DNA of 64,000 nucleotides, from positions 186,001 to 250,000 of the forward strand of contig RHPI01002204.1 in the NCBI GenBank assembly GCA_009103225.1. The letters are read 5' to 3'. The notes beneath the pieces were generated by a model. It ran no database searches and had not been told where the DNA came from. It saw nothing but the letters and a program-made list of their open reading frames with translations. The position numbers were made by a program, and so were the translations under genes. This document shows positions 34,530 to 47,988 of this stretch, piece after piece (the stretch's first letter is position 1; each line of letters starts with the position of its first letter). The stretch is from Chlorokybus atmophyticus. Lineage: Eukaryota > Plantae > Mesostigma and Chlorokybus algae.

Positions 34530-36912
34530 GTGCAAATGTATCAGTACAGCAACCGCGCAAGCATAAGTGCATGCGCACACACTGCATGTTGATACAAGTC
34601 ACAGCCAGTGAAGCAAGAGACTGCACAATCCTGCCTGGCTTGTCCTCAGGAGAGGTTGGCACGGGTGATAGCGCCGGCAGATAGCTGCTGATACTCTCAG
34701 CAAAGGCCTTCTGCCTGAATACACATTACAAGAACTCAACCACACAGAAAAAGAAACAACACTGTCTGGTCCAAAAAACACAACATATGTTGAATGGGCA
34801 CCTTTTCTGAGTGAGTTTTTTGGAGGGTCGATAATACTTGAGGTATCCGTCCCACTGGACTGCTTTGATGCCGGCGCGGCGTGCGATCATCGCCTGCACG
34901 CGGTTGGCAAAGTCCTCATGACACTCGCCCTCTTTGAGCGTCTGTGGCTCCATGTACCACACGTCCGCCACGACCGCCCACGAGGTCATCAGCCTCAGCA
35001 GGTGCCGTGTGAACGACTGCTTACGGCTGTTCCAGAACGCGTCCACAAAAATCTTATTATACTTGATTGCTATCGGGCACACGACCGCACCCAACTCGAA
35101 CGCCCCCTTCTTGAACATGACACAATACTCGTTGTTCACGCACACGCCCTCGGGGAATATTAGCAGCGGGTTGGCTTCGGGGTCGGCGATGTGGCGTTGA
35201 ATCTTGTCCGCAACGGCTCTTCGGTCTTTTGCTTCGCTACGGTTGAACCAGATGCAACCAAGGCTGCTGAGTATGTGGGTTTGCAGCAACCCAACCCACC
35301 CGGGATGCTTCTGCATGATTACCGCGAAGGCCGTCACTTGCTCAAGCAGCACAAAGTCAATCATTGACGTGTGGTTGGCCACAAACACCTGATTTGGCCT
35401 GGGACTAGGACGTGGACCGTGGTATCGGATCACGCCCGTCCACGACGCCACAAACACACCGCACATCAACTCCACCAGCCGCCTCTGTTCAGTGCAAACA
35501 CACGCATGAGGATGCGGCCAACATTGCCAGGGAGTATGTGAGGTGTGTTCCCGCGTTTTGACTTAGAAGATGTGTATATATGTATTGAAAATAAGTCACA
35601 GAGTAAATGACTTAACCTGCTGATAAGTGATTAAGTACATGCATCATTCAATCACCTCAAGACGGTGCTGAAGCTTTGGTGCAATGTCTTTGAGGGCAAA
35701 ATGCGTAGGGAAGAAGGTGATGATGAAGACAACCCATCCGGCCATAAGAAGCAGCAGCCTGCCATGGCAAGTATGTTGTCCAGCAAGCCTTAACGACAGA
35801 CACCCAAAGCATGTAAAATACCCAAAGTGTGTACCTCAAAGGAAACAGGATGCCATAGCGCATGACCACGCCCAACACCCACAAAGGAAACAAGTACCAG
35901 TTCCAGTTCCACGGCTCCGGCGTGTTTGAAGCGAAGCATTTCGTGAACGTGTCCTGCAAACATTGTGACAGTAACATGGTATGACAAATGCTGCCTATGT
36001 GCGTATATATATGTAGGCCTATGCGCCTATGCGCACGCACGCATGCATGCATGCACGCGCAAGTACACATTACTCAAAGTCATCACGCGAGGTACATCAT
36101 GTAAACACTCATGCTTACATCCACAATTGCAGCCACGCCCTCGTTGAGTACAGGAGTGATATCCAGCAACTCGTGCCTGCAAACAGAGACGCACAAACGT
36201 TATCAACACAATGCCCATCACAGTTCAAAAAATCAAGCCATAAAAAGCATCAGCTTCTTGACAATATCATTTCTCTCACTTACAGCGGGATGGCCTTTTC
36301 TCGTGCAGCGGTATCAATCGCGCGTGGCTTCACGCGCGAGCCTGCGAGCTGCTCTTCAAGCGAGCGTGCATACAAGTCGACCTCTGAAGCCGAGTGCGGC
36401 GCAAAGAACGGTCCCTCCTGACTAGAGGGTTTTGCCAAGATTAGTCAATGTTGCTGAAAGAGACATACGCACCACACTGCTTTATGTGATTGTTGGCAAT
36501 GGCTTTCTTTCTGACTGTTGGGTTCCTGACTGGATCGATCTCACCTCCTTTACACACAACTGGTGATATGATAACAGCAATCTGTGGTGCATCCGTGTTT
36601 GCGCGTATGCATTGCATGCATGTAGCATGTTCACACGAGGTGGAACGGAGAGGTGTTGTCAATGTATGATATGGTATGATGCCAACAATGAAGTGATGTG
36701 GGAGAATGCTGCATGCTGACTGGACTACATGCTGAAGTGGTGGTAAGTGCGCTGTTGTGACTGCTGCTTGCTGCAAAGGAACAGCGACAACGACAGCGAC
36801 AGGCAAAACGACAGCAAGCAAGCAGTCAAGTAAGCAGGCCAGCCAGCCAGCCAGCAGAAAAGGCTTCACACCTGCCAGCTCGGCGTGTGACGGCAGGCGG
36901 GTAGAGTGCCAT
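34530..36912 (-). CDS. GPAT9: Glycerol-3-phosphate acyltransferase 9 (multi-exon; start and stop approximate)
   Basis: Exons 'LLDITPVLNEGVAAIVD|DTFTKCFASNTPEPWNWNWYLFPLW', 'VANHTSMIDF' (HX4D), 'FNRSEAKDR', 'FPEG', 'VQWDGYLKYYRPS...|QKAFAESI', collinear with plant GPAT9. Confidence 0.93.
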
Positions 36913-37132
36913 GCTGGCTAGCTGTGTGGGCCGGGCGAACAGGAACACGAAGAAGCAGGCGGGTAAGGACGCAGCTGGGACTACCAACGCCGCCGCCTAC
37001 ACCGCCGCCCGCCTACCATCATCCCGCAGAAGGAATAAGCTCAGAGTAAAGCGAAAGAGAAAATTGGTTGTGTCCCCGTAGGTAAAGCCTGAGCAGGTTG
37101 CGGCGAAGCTGGGACTGGCTCAGGCGGCGGCG

Positions 37133-38876
37133 ATGGAGGACAGAAAGCAGCTGACTGACAGGAGGGTAATGATGGAGCTCCCACCGCCCAGCACTAGCAT
37201 GCTGACCCTGGCGACCACCCTGTCGCCCACCCGCCGGCACGCCAGAGCCATCGTGGAGAGATTTGACGCCCTGTAAGTGCCTGAGCGAAGCATGTAGCAC
37301 GGTTTTGTTTATATGTTCATGATTTATACACCCAATTTGTCCTCCTCAGCTTCTCAGAGCATGAAGTGAATATGTGTGGGTGTATGAAGCTGCTTCGCTC
37401 TTTTGCTTGTCAAGTGAGTCAGCACTTGACAGGCAGAATTTGGCACGCAGTTGAAAGGGTTTGGCTTAGTCAATTGATCTCAAAGTTGTGTAACTGCTGA
37501 GTGCACAGCTGTGTGACTGTCTGGTTTGAGAAACGAGAAGGTTTTGTTATGCTATGAGCGTGCAAGCAAGTGCAGTTGAGTTGATTGCTTGACTTGACGC
37601 CGCATTGACAAGAACAGCATTGCTGTCGAGCGCTTGATTTTTTTTTTTATTCAGAATAAAGTTCTGTTGTACTTTGCTGACTGGTGTGGGTGCTTGCGTG
37701 AGTGCAGTTATGAGCGCCTTATGTACAGCTACAGCACCAATGCCCAACCATGTCAAGTCCCTGCTCAAGACACACATTTGCAAGGTACACCGTGCTATTG
37801 TCCTGCTGGTTTGACACATAATGCATACCTCGCAACAGTCACTCTTTACTGCCTTACACAATGCATCAACAGGTGGAGGAATGCCACGAGCAGTGCGCTT
37901 CGAGCGCAAAACAGGCAACACTTGTGATGATCCAACATCACAACCGAGCACAAGCGGCGCTGATGATGGCCACAACTACTGGTTGACAGAGTTGGATTAT
38001 GAGCTCAATCCCACCCCGCAGCTGCAAATGCGACCTAAGGCACGCAGGAGGCGAGCGAGACGATGGCTGTGCGGGTGTGAAGTAAACAGGCCGGGTGCGT
38101 TGGCATGCAGCTGCACGTGCGTGTTGGTGTTGCGCCGAAGGAAGAGGAGAAGGAGAGGAGTGAGTGTGCACGCAAACAACAACAGTTTATCAGTACAAGA
38201 AGTGGCAAGCAGGCTTCCTATCCAAAGTGAGCAAGCATGGCGAAGCGACAACGCCTCCGCCAACGCCTTCTCACCCTATTTGGAACGCACTTTGCGCCGG
38301 TTGCAAGACAGACGGAAACAACAGAATAGTCACAACACCCACACAACGCCAACAACACCCAAAGCTGCTTCACCGATTTACGTGCCACCCACATCTTCGC
38401 CTGTACAAGAGCCTATATCATCGCCATCAAAGCAAGCCGCCAGCCGCGGCAACCTTATGGAGGACACGCCTTCACCACCACCCCCAGCCAAGCGTGTACA
38501 CTTGGCGAACGTCGGGCACATCTCACCTTCAACAACGTCAACAACAACAACTGTTGGTGCTCAGGCCCTGCACGCCATGCTCGCGACATTGGAGGATGAC
38601 GCAAACGAGGTGTGCGTGATGCTAGGCGCAGAGGAGCAGCAGCAGCAAGGTGGCGTGACCATGCGCAGCCGAAGCCGGCTTCAGAAGCCCGCGTCATCAG
38701 TGCGCGAAGGCATGCAATCGTTGCTGGCGCTGGCAGACAAAAGGGGACGAGAGGGGGAGTCTTTTATCATGACTGGTTCTGAAGAAGGAGATGTTGTGTT
38801 AGCGCCGGCTGCTGCTGCTGCTAGTGGTCAGTGGGTGGGTCGAACGTTCATGATAAACGCATTGCACAGTCACTAG
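37133..38876 (+). CDS. Hypothetical multi-exon protein, low-complexity/disordered, divergent from GPAT9
   Basis: ATG exon ending in a GTAAGT donor at about 37273 and a long open 3' exon (37872-38876). No recognisable domain. Confidence 0.45.
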
Positions 38877-41045
38877 CATTTATGCACTGGTATCCCGGTG
38901 TAAACTGTTGCAGCTGTGTGATGTGAACACGAGGCATAGTGCTTCATGTGAGAATTGACATTTGATGTACCTTGGGCTTCAGCTGGCTCTGGTTTGGGCA
39001 TGCCGACCAGGCAGCCGCAGTGAGCAGAGCGAGAACACAAGCATGCCGCTAGGGTATGCAATCGTATCACGTGATTGGCTCGCGCGTGGGCATGTGTACA
39101 TATGCACTGAGGATGCACTGAGGATGCACTGAGGATGATGTGGTCTACACAGGCTCTGCACAAACAATCTGCAATGCATGTCGATCATCAACTTGGCCAC
39201 GAGGAGCTACATGCATTAAGGCTGAGTTTCGGAATGTTTAATGCAGCACCTGCATGATCAACGTTCATGATGCATGTATAGTTGAACATGTGAAAGTGAG
39301 CATTGATGTTCAAAAGACAAGGCTTGTGTGCAGGTGACTGCAATTGCCATGCATGTTTACAAGGGGGCAGTAGTGGTAGGGGTAGGGGTAGGGGTCGGTA
39401 GATAGCATGCAGGCGCATGCCTTTGCCCGGTGGTCGAGTTGATGGAATCGTTGTTATGGTTGTGGCATTGCATGTTTACGCAGATCTTGCATGTGGGAGT
39501 TCCCAAGTCAGTCTTTTGTACATATTTATAAATATGCATATGTGATAACAATTTGCAAGCAGAACCCACGCTGCAACTTGCCGCTGTCTATGTTCGTTTT
39601 CAATTTTGAATACTTTAACCTATTCACCTTCCATGTCGCACATTACCTCTTGTATTTTGCACACCTTGCTCGATTGCTTGCTTGATTTTGGTGACAATAT
39701 GATGCGCAAATACAACATTTATCATAAAGGTATTGATCACGTTTATCATAGCACAACAAGCCGTCAATGTGCAGATCGGATCAATTAACTTTGATGAGCT
39801 CGCCATGTATATAAGCACAATTAATACTACATAGCATGACACATGTTGTAATACACGAGACATGTAGCAACGTGCGTGATGTTTTGTGTTGAGCATCGAG
39901 TGCCTTTGGAGTTCTTTGCCCTTACCTTGCATCATTACGCTAAGCTCAGTGCTTATGCTTTCAACGCGGGCAATCTTTTCCTTTACCAGCAACCTAGGGG
40001 CCCTAGGCTGGCGAAAGCTGGCACGGCAACTCTAAATGTTATGGATTTGGATTACGAAAAGCGGCACTTTCGTTGAGAGATTCACCTCGGCCTCAGCTGC
40101 TGGTTCTGTTTGTCGTCTAGCGCTGAGCGCCGGGGCTTTACACCGGCAGCAGGGCTTGTTGGCCGGTCTTCCTTTCCGGTCTTATCGGTGCGGCCCATTT
40201 AGCGCCACTCAGAGCCACGTACGTCCGCGTCGTGATCGGCATGCAGCGGCAGGCCTGTGGCCGGCGCGCCGCCGGCCCCTCCCGCCTCTACAGTCTAGAC
40301 CGCCGTCACATTGCAGGCATGCAGCCCCGCCACAACCGCCGATCCCTGCACCGACCCTCTAACCAAGAACATTCACCCCATGCACTAACCCTACTGTAGT
40401 CACTTGTAACTGGAAAGTGCTTGCGGCTTGATTCAACCAAACGCGGTTAGCCCAATTTCATAGTATGATTCGTGCTGGTTCGCGGTTAGCGGGTGTAGGG
40501 TTTTGACCGCTCTGGGTTCTGCAAAATCCTGCACTGCAGCGTTTGTTGGGTTGGCGGGGCGTTGTGGGCCTCGTTGCCGGCTGCCTCGGTCGCGCGCGGG
40601 GGGGCGGGCGGAGCGCGGGGTGCTTCGGCTGCTTCGGCGCGGCGCAGACTCGCACGGTTCCGCGCGGACGGGCATCCGGTCCGATGATGCCCGCCTCCGC
40701 GAGGCGCCCTTCGCGTCCACGGCGGCGTGGAGGACCCTCTCACCGCCGCCATAGCTGGCGATATGGCAGCGGTCTTCCACGGAACCTGCTAGACACACCA
40801 CCTCACCGCCGCGGTAGTTGCGTAGGCGGCGGCGACGGCCTGGGCGGCGATGTTGCTGCGGGCATAGTTGTCGTGCCTAGCCAGCTGCCGCCGGCTGCGC
40901 TCAGCGCAAGCCGCTCCGATCCGCCCGACGTCGGCGGCGTAGCTTGTGTCTCTGGCCTGGGGAGGAGGTTGTAGCCTTTGTGAGGCTTTGCGCCGCACAG
41001 CGTCGGACAGGTTCTAGTGGGCGGTTGGCAGGCGTTGCGGCTACT

Positions 41046-43669
41046 ATGGTCAGCGACGGTGATGCCGCCGCCGCTTTGCCCGTCCCTGCAGCTGTCGTTT
41101 CCACCATTAAGCAGGCCTCCACATCCAGCCTGGTAAGCACACGACGCAGTGCCAACTACTGACTTCCACACTGGTTTGGTAAGCTTTTGCGGGTACGAGT
41201 GGTGCATCATTTGGGGTCTTTCATGCATGTGCCCCGTTGGACGTCTAGCTTAATCAGTAGTTTGCACGCTAGGTAGCAGTTGTCTTCAGACTCCAGGACT
41301 TGCTCAAAGCCATTGGAATTTGAGGCAGCTTGTCTGCGTTGTAGCATGTCAGCGTTTCACGCTAGTGGGTGGCGTCTCCAGCAGGAAGGAAGCCGTGTGT
41401 AGTTAAACGTGTAAGCCAATACACAGTCAACGGCAGATCAGCTGGTGGCGTTGAGTGCTTCCGTCTGCACTTGACATATCTGTGCTGACCGTGATGCATG
41501 TGCAGGATGGATCTGCATCTACCCAACCGGTCGTGCAGTATTTGGAGTGCATGCGAAACTTGAGCTCAGGAACGCCTGGACCAGCTTGCCACGATGGCTG
41601 TCAGGAGTTTACTGCAGCTGATGACCCACTCCTTTGCAGTATTTGTGGATGCAAGCGTGCATTCCACAAGCGCATAGTGGCTCCCTGCAATGCAAGCGCC
41701 CTGCCTGCTGTGCCGCACACTTTGGAAGAGGCTACTGCATTGCTGAGGAAACTCAATGAGGGACTTGAGCACAGGGATCAAGCTGAGCTACATGCGCTGC
41801 GCCTGATCTATGCTGCGGCACATGAAGGCAGCAGCAAGTAAGCGTATCTCTAGATCGGTCCTCGCATCTGGCGTGTTTTTCAGCAGCACATTGCTGCCAC
41901 TACCACTGATGCACAAAAGGGGACGCTGTATTGGTACTGACTCGAATGTGTTCTAGCAGGCAATCGTGCAGGCACTGTACTACAGTTGTTGCACACTGCA
42001 CAATGCAGAACTCATTGCTTCGAGCAAGGCTGGGGGCGGCAGCTGGGCCTGCTGCTCCTGTTGTTCAAGTGGATGGGCCTGAGCCAGCAAGGGCAAACAA
42101 GCGCGCCACATCTGCGGGTCCTGCCGGGGAAACCACCAGTGATGAGGCCGACACCAGGCAGGTGCCACTGCAACGGCCAAACAAGAAACAGAAGCGAGAT
42201 AAACCAGCAGCAAATAACCCGACTCCTGAGAAGTCCTTGGACGATGCTGATAGAGCCAATGGTGCTGCTGACCTGCCTTTTCCTTCACCACGCATTGGAA
42301 GTACACCATCCAGGAATGGCAACTCCCCTCACATACAGATCGCACAGCCAAACTCGCAGTCATATCCGGGCCCAGCATCTGTCCATGTCAGCCAAAATGG
42401 GTCGCCAGATAGCAGCATGGCAGCAGCACCGCCCCACCCTTCAGCCAGACCACCTACTCCTGTTTATATGCACAGTAGGCCTGTGAAGATGGAGAATGGA
42501 AACGTTCCTTCATCAACTGACGTGGCCATGGGCTATGTGCCGTCTGTTGGAGGCCCTCACGATGTGGCCATGGGGTTTGTTCCCTCCTACGAGATGTATA
42601 CCGGGTTTGCAGGCGGCCAGACAGACTACACGACTGCCACTGATGTCATGTACGGCCCCAATTCGGGTGTCGAGCCACCGTTTGCTATCATGGCAGGCGC
42701 AAGCAGTGAACAGAACGGGTCGCAAGGCAAGGGAGGGTCTCAGCGCATTACTTTGCCTGGCATGCGAGGCACTGCTGAGCAGCTGACTTGCTGTCCTCGC
42801 CATGAAGTCTCCTGCGATGTGTACCATGTTACCTGCGGCAATAAAACTGGGCAGCTTCACCTGTCTGAGGAGCAAGCTGCAATCATTTGCAACTGCGAAA
42901 CCTGCAAACGTAAGTGCTGTGTTGTGTAGTTTGCGTGTCGGCGTTCCATTTAGAGTCACTGCCATGCCAGACTCGTGGCATGAGTAGCGCTAAGGGACGC
43001 CTAGATTAGGCTTGCCATTGCGGCACATCATCGTTCAAGCCTAGCCATATATGCTTCTGCTTGTCTGGGAATGCGCTGAACATCACAAGGATGCTGTTAG
43101 TTTTCATCATTTCTTTTTTGGTTGGCATGCAGTCCTATACGCGCGTACTAACCTGCTGCCGTCGTGCAGAGTGGCCAAGCTATGAATGGTCGCCAAGGTT
43201 CTTCCCGTGTCATGCCCAGTTCAACAGCGTCGGTGGTTGGAAGGACATGATCAAGGTGCCTGGGACTGACGGGCGGAGGCTCCCGCTTGCGACTGCTCTA
43301 AAAGGGAAGACAGTGCGGTTGAAGCCCCAGATGCGGATGCCCATCGGCCGACATTTGGATCGTTGGTTGCAATGCACAGCTTGCGGCAAGTGGCGCAAGT
43401 TCGAGCGCAAGAATGTCAGGGGCAGGCGAGCCTACCACTACGCCTGCATGGACCCCAACTGGACCTGCGCCCAGCATGTGGATCCCAAGTCCAACAACTG
43501 CGCCATCAAGCAGGAGCTCCCATCAGAAGAGGTGTTTTCGTCAATGGAGCCCGGTTGCAAAGACTGCAAGTCAGGCTGCAACGAGTGCATGGATTGTCCT
43601 GGCTGCCCCGACTGCTGCGTGCATGGCTGCGACTGCAGCCACTGCAGGACAGCACCAGGGTTGGCGTGA
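41046..43669 (+). CDS. ZF-HD dimerisation-type zinc finger fused to an ULTRAPETALA-like SAND + Cys-rich region (4 exons)
   Basis: Exon 2 reads 'VQYLECMRN...DGCQEF...LCSICGCKRAFHKR' (ZF-HD). Exons 3-4 read 'VTCGNKTGQL...ICNCETC...SPRFFPCHA...GWKDMIKV' (SAND-like) and 'DRWLQCTACGKWRKF...YHYACMDPNWTC...GCKDCKSGCNECMDCPGCPDC...CDCSHC' (ULT C-terminus). Junctions 41132/41506, 41837/about 41957-41972 and 42909/43170 are phase-compatible. Confidence 0.8.
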
Positions 43670-44717
43670 TGTAACATGTAGGACTGACTGCTGGTGCTGA
43701 AGGCTTGTATGTTGGAGTTGACTATGTATATATGTTTGCACTCATTCTGGCAGAGTGCGATGTACCTTATTGGGCGAGTAGACTTTGTGGCTGTCCCGCT
43801 GCTGGTGTTGGGCACTGTACAGCTGTTGACAGCTTGGGGTGAGACTTGACAAGCGGTGCCATGTTGTATGCGCATGGGCACTTTGGTAGTTGTGATTTAG
43901 TAACTGGCTTGTGCTGGGGCATGTACAAGGCGAGTGGTAGTCTTTTATATCATTCATCAGTCAGTACCCCCAAGTGCATGGTACACTCAAAGATTGGCAC
44001 ATCATGGATTGCTTGGGCGCATCATGGTTTTGCCCATGCCCTGTGCTGCAAATCCTACAGTACACCAGACCACTGCACTTCATGTGTTGCACTGGTTGCT
44101 GACATGGCAGTCTGTGGCGGTGCTTGCAGTTCACTTAGTAGCCCATGTAGCTTCGCATTCATTTACAATGCCAGGTTGTGTTGTGACCGTTGGTGCTGCT
44201 GCCAATGGGCTGCTAAGCAGGTGGCGCTGCTGCAGGTAATCATGACTGCAACATGTGCATGCATGACTAACAGGGCGGCGTAGATGTAGGTGTAGGAGTG
44301 GAGTAGTGGTCATGTATGTAGCAAGGAGGTGAGTATGTTTTGCAGAGTGTTGCATGCGTGGTGTGGTATGAATGGGCATACCCCTCTGGCATTTTCTGTA
44401 TATAGCAGCCCCAGGGATATTCCATAGCCAGAACACCACACTGTGTCGCATGCCACAACCCCTCATTACATTCAATTACATTCAATGTAGCCTAATCAAC
44501 GCGGAACCTTGTCATTGTCTGACACACATATTGAGAGAGGTATTCAACCACAGCAATAACCACTCACCCACATACACAGCCTGCAACAAGCACAATACTC
44601 ACTGTTAGCTCTGCACGTGCGTGGCACCAGCATAATACCAACACTACGAACACTTCACAACCACCAAGCATAACCTTTCAACACCAAGCTGCAGCCCAAA
44701 ACTAAACTACACAACCC

Positions 44718-47700
44718 TCAGGCTGCTTGAGACACAAGTCCCTGCTGCTCGTTCCCCGCTGTTCCAACCCTTAGCTCTGCTGTTTCAAGCTGTTGTGCCA
44801 CGGCCACACGTTTCTCTTTCAACCGTTGGCGCCATCGCTGCCGTCGGATCGCCTGCGCACTAGTGCCTGGCGTGTTGTGTTCTTGTTCTTGTTCCCCTCC
44901 GTTGCTGCTGCGAATGCCGCTGTTGCTGTACACGTGCCAGCGGTCAAAGTAGCGCCCCATCGCACCCATCGGACGAAGCCGCGAGGCTCCCAAACACACC
45001 GGCCCACAACAGCCGCGCAGAAGCTCCGCACAATCATCGCACATGCTACACGCAGAAAGAGAAGGGTGATCAGAAGATGCAACACATCGTCGTACAAGTG
45101 GCATGTACGCAAGGACTGTGGTGTCAGGAGCCAAACAAGCCACCACAGACAATCATGATGACTTCTTGAATTCAGTATCGACACCTAGTGGTGGATAAAA
45201 GTAGTGCCCAAGTGACATCAACTACTGACCAACACGCAGAGTGAATGAATCTTCACATTGCAATGACAAGAGTGTACGCCCTCAACAACCAACAAGCGCA
45301 CAGGGATGAAGGTTATACAAAGTCTGAGCAAATGATCAGCATTCCCACAAATCACTCGCAGTGCTTGTACATGAGAAAAGTCCGCTGATGGTGACCAACA
45401 CAATCATGCGTTGTAATGACACGTACGAACACCAACACACGAAAGCATACGCACACGCAAAATGCAGCCATGCAATGTAGTAACTCACAGGAAGTGGTCA
45501 TTGCAGTCAATATTGGCGCAGTTCCGGTGCAGAGGCTCCACCGTCACACCGCAATCGCGACATCTGGCTATGCTTTCTGTGGCCGCGGTCGATATCTCCG
45601 CCGCCGTGGATGCCGACAGGTCGGACGGCGCGAGGGCGAGCCTTTCGTCGAACACGTAAAGGTGCCCACGCCACAAGTGATCGTCACCTTTGCCGCCACC
45701 CACCTCTTTGAGGTAGTTGGCAACCCCGCCCTCGAGCGTGTACACATGCTTGAACCCCTTTGATCTGAACAAGTGTGAGAGTGTTACACAAATGTTCTCT
45801 CCTGTTACATGAACACACGTATGTGTGTGCGCACATGTGCATGTGTGCGTGTGCATGTGGGTTGCAGTGACTGCTTTGTTATACCTGAGGACAGTGGAGT
45901 AGATGTCGCATCGGATGCCGCCCGTGCAGTACATCATCACCTCCGTGTTATCCTTGTCCACGTCACGCAACCACGCATCCTCGCCCTGCTTGGGCATGCA
46001 ACGTCAGTCAGCAAGCACACCTGTCTCGACGATGGACATGCATGAAGTTGATGTGGGTATCATCAACCTGGGTGATTATGTGCGCGTGTTCCCGCGTGTG
46101 AGTTTGGGTAAGCAGCAGACGGACTTGGAATCGTTATGCCAAACCCTCACCTCAGTAGATCCTGAGACGTCCGTGTCCTTGAAGTACTCCACCGATGGCC
46201 TCGCGGCACCCTTGAAATGCCCCACATCCCACTCATAGTCTACCGAAACGCATACACCAACATGAGCGACTACAGCCTCATTGATAACAATTGCACACAC
46301 TAAGCCCTTGGAACTCCTGTGTTTCCATCAGCACGCATGCACCACGCAAGCGTACCATTGCGCACATCGAGGAGGACCACCTTGGGCTTGACATTGCTGC
46401 TTTGGTTCTGGTGGTGGTAGAAATGGTTGTTAGTGTTGTTGTTGTTGTTGTTGTTGTGATTGTGGTTGTTGGCTTCTGCCATGTTGTTGGTGCCAGTGAT
46501 GGCATCCCTAAGCTTGTCTCGCCACTCGTGGGGCGACAGCGGATGCGCGCGCTTGCTGGGATCCGTCACTGGGAGATAAGCTGTGCCGCCTGCTACATGA
46601 CCGCAACAACAACCCAACACATTAGCATACGCAGCCGACACACACATGAGCAAATCATGGCAATCTTATTGCAAGCACTACGCACACTGGCGCATGCATA
46701 TGCAGAGGTGCATATATGCGAGTCTGAGTGCGTGCACCCGCGCTTGTGACTGTGTACTCGTGCCATATGCGCGTGCACATACCTGAGCCAGTGCCTGTAC
46801 AAATGCATGTGCATGCGCATGCGCATGTGTGCTTGTGTACTGATGAAGGTAACATGTGCGTGTATACTGGTAACAGTTGCGTGTGTACTGATAACAGTTA
46901 ATGTAGCAAACACGTAACCAGATTCTTGTGTGAACAGAATCTTGAAGCAAAAAGTACAAAAGCGAGTGAGAGAGAGAGAGACACCTGCAAGCGACACGAG
47001 TTGGGCGCGGTACTTGAGCTTGAGTCTTGGGAAAGGGTGTCTGTTGGGATCTCTTGCGGGCGCAACCAGCGGCCTCGTCTCCACAAAGGGTCCCCTCGTC
47101 TTCACCCACTCCGCGTATGCCACAGCATCACGATACCGCCCACTCAACTGACATGGGTGAAAAAAGATGCTAAGGATTGATTTGTGGTTGATCGGCACTG
47201 CGAGTGCAACATGGTGTGCATGCATGCACATGCCTGTGCGCATGTGCGCGTGCGCGTGTGATGCGTGTACCTGTGCGTTGATGCCTTGGTCATTGATGTA
47301 GATGCGCCCGCGCAAATCACGATCCTGCTTACAGCATCGTTCAGTTACATATACTGCTGCACAAACACTGGCGAATTGCATACACCTAAACATCACAAGT
47401 CCGATGTTGATCTTTGTCATGGCAATTGCTTCGTAAAGCAAGAGGCGTGCTTTTTGTACAGATGTAGTGTCCAACACAACGAAAGAGACTGCGCACCTTG
47501 ACGAACTCCTTGTGGGCGGCCACCTCGCCATGCGGGTCAGGGACGTCCGCGAGGGTGTAGAAGTTGACCACCGTCATAGGGTTGTCATTCAAAGTTTTGT
47601 CATCGCCATCAAGCGCAGAAGCTGCCTCCTCTGCCGCCGGCGACAACGGCGCTGACACTATGGCGGAGACGATGGAAGCGGCGGCAAAGCAGGAAGGCGC

Positions 47701-47988
47701 AGGTTTCCTCCCAGCTGTGGTACTTGTTTTGGTCGTTGTCCTGACCGTCGTCGTAACCGGTGTCGTCATTGTCGCTGGTGGTGGCGGTGACAACAGCGAC
47801 CGGGCGGTGCTGCCGCGGCTGAAGGTGGTGGAGGAGGAGGACGGCGCTGGCCATCGTGTCCGCAACCGCAGTGGAAGTCGGACGACGCCAATGGCAGCAG
47901 TCGCTGGCGCAGCAGTCGCTGGCGGCCTGGCGGAGGTGGTGGACGCCCGCGCCACGAGGGGCGCCGCCGCCGCCGCGGCCGCCGCCAT
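44718..47988 (-). CDS. Chloroplast rhodanese-like domain protein of the TrhO/YceA (UPF0176) family, STR8-like (multi-exon)
   Basis: Ala/Ser/Thr-rich transit peptide followed by 'NFYTLADV', 'LRGRIYINDQGINAQ', 'LLDVRN|DYEWDVGHFKGA', 'MYCTGGIRCD', 'LEGGVANYL', 'LYVFDER' and 'HRNCANIDCN'. Confidence 0.9.
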
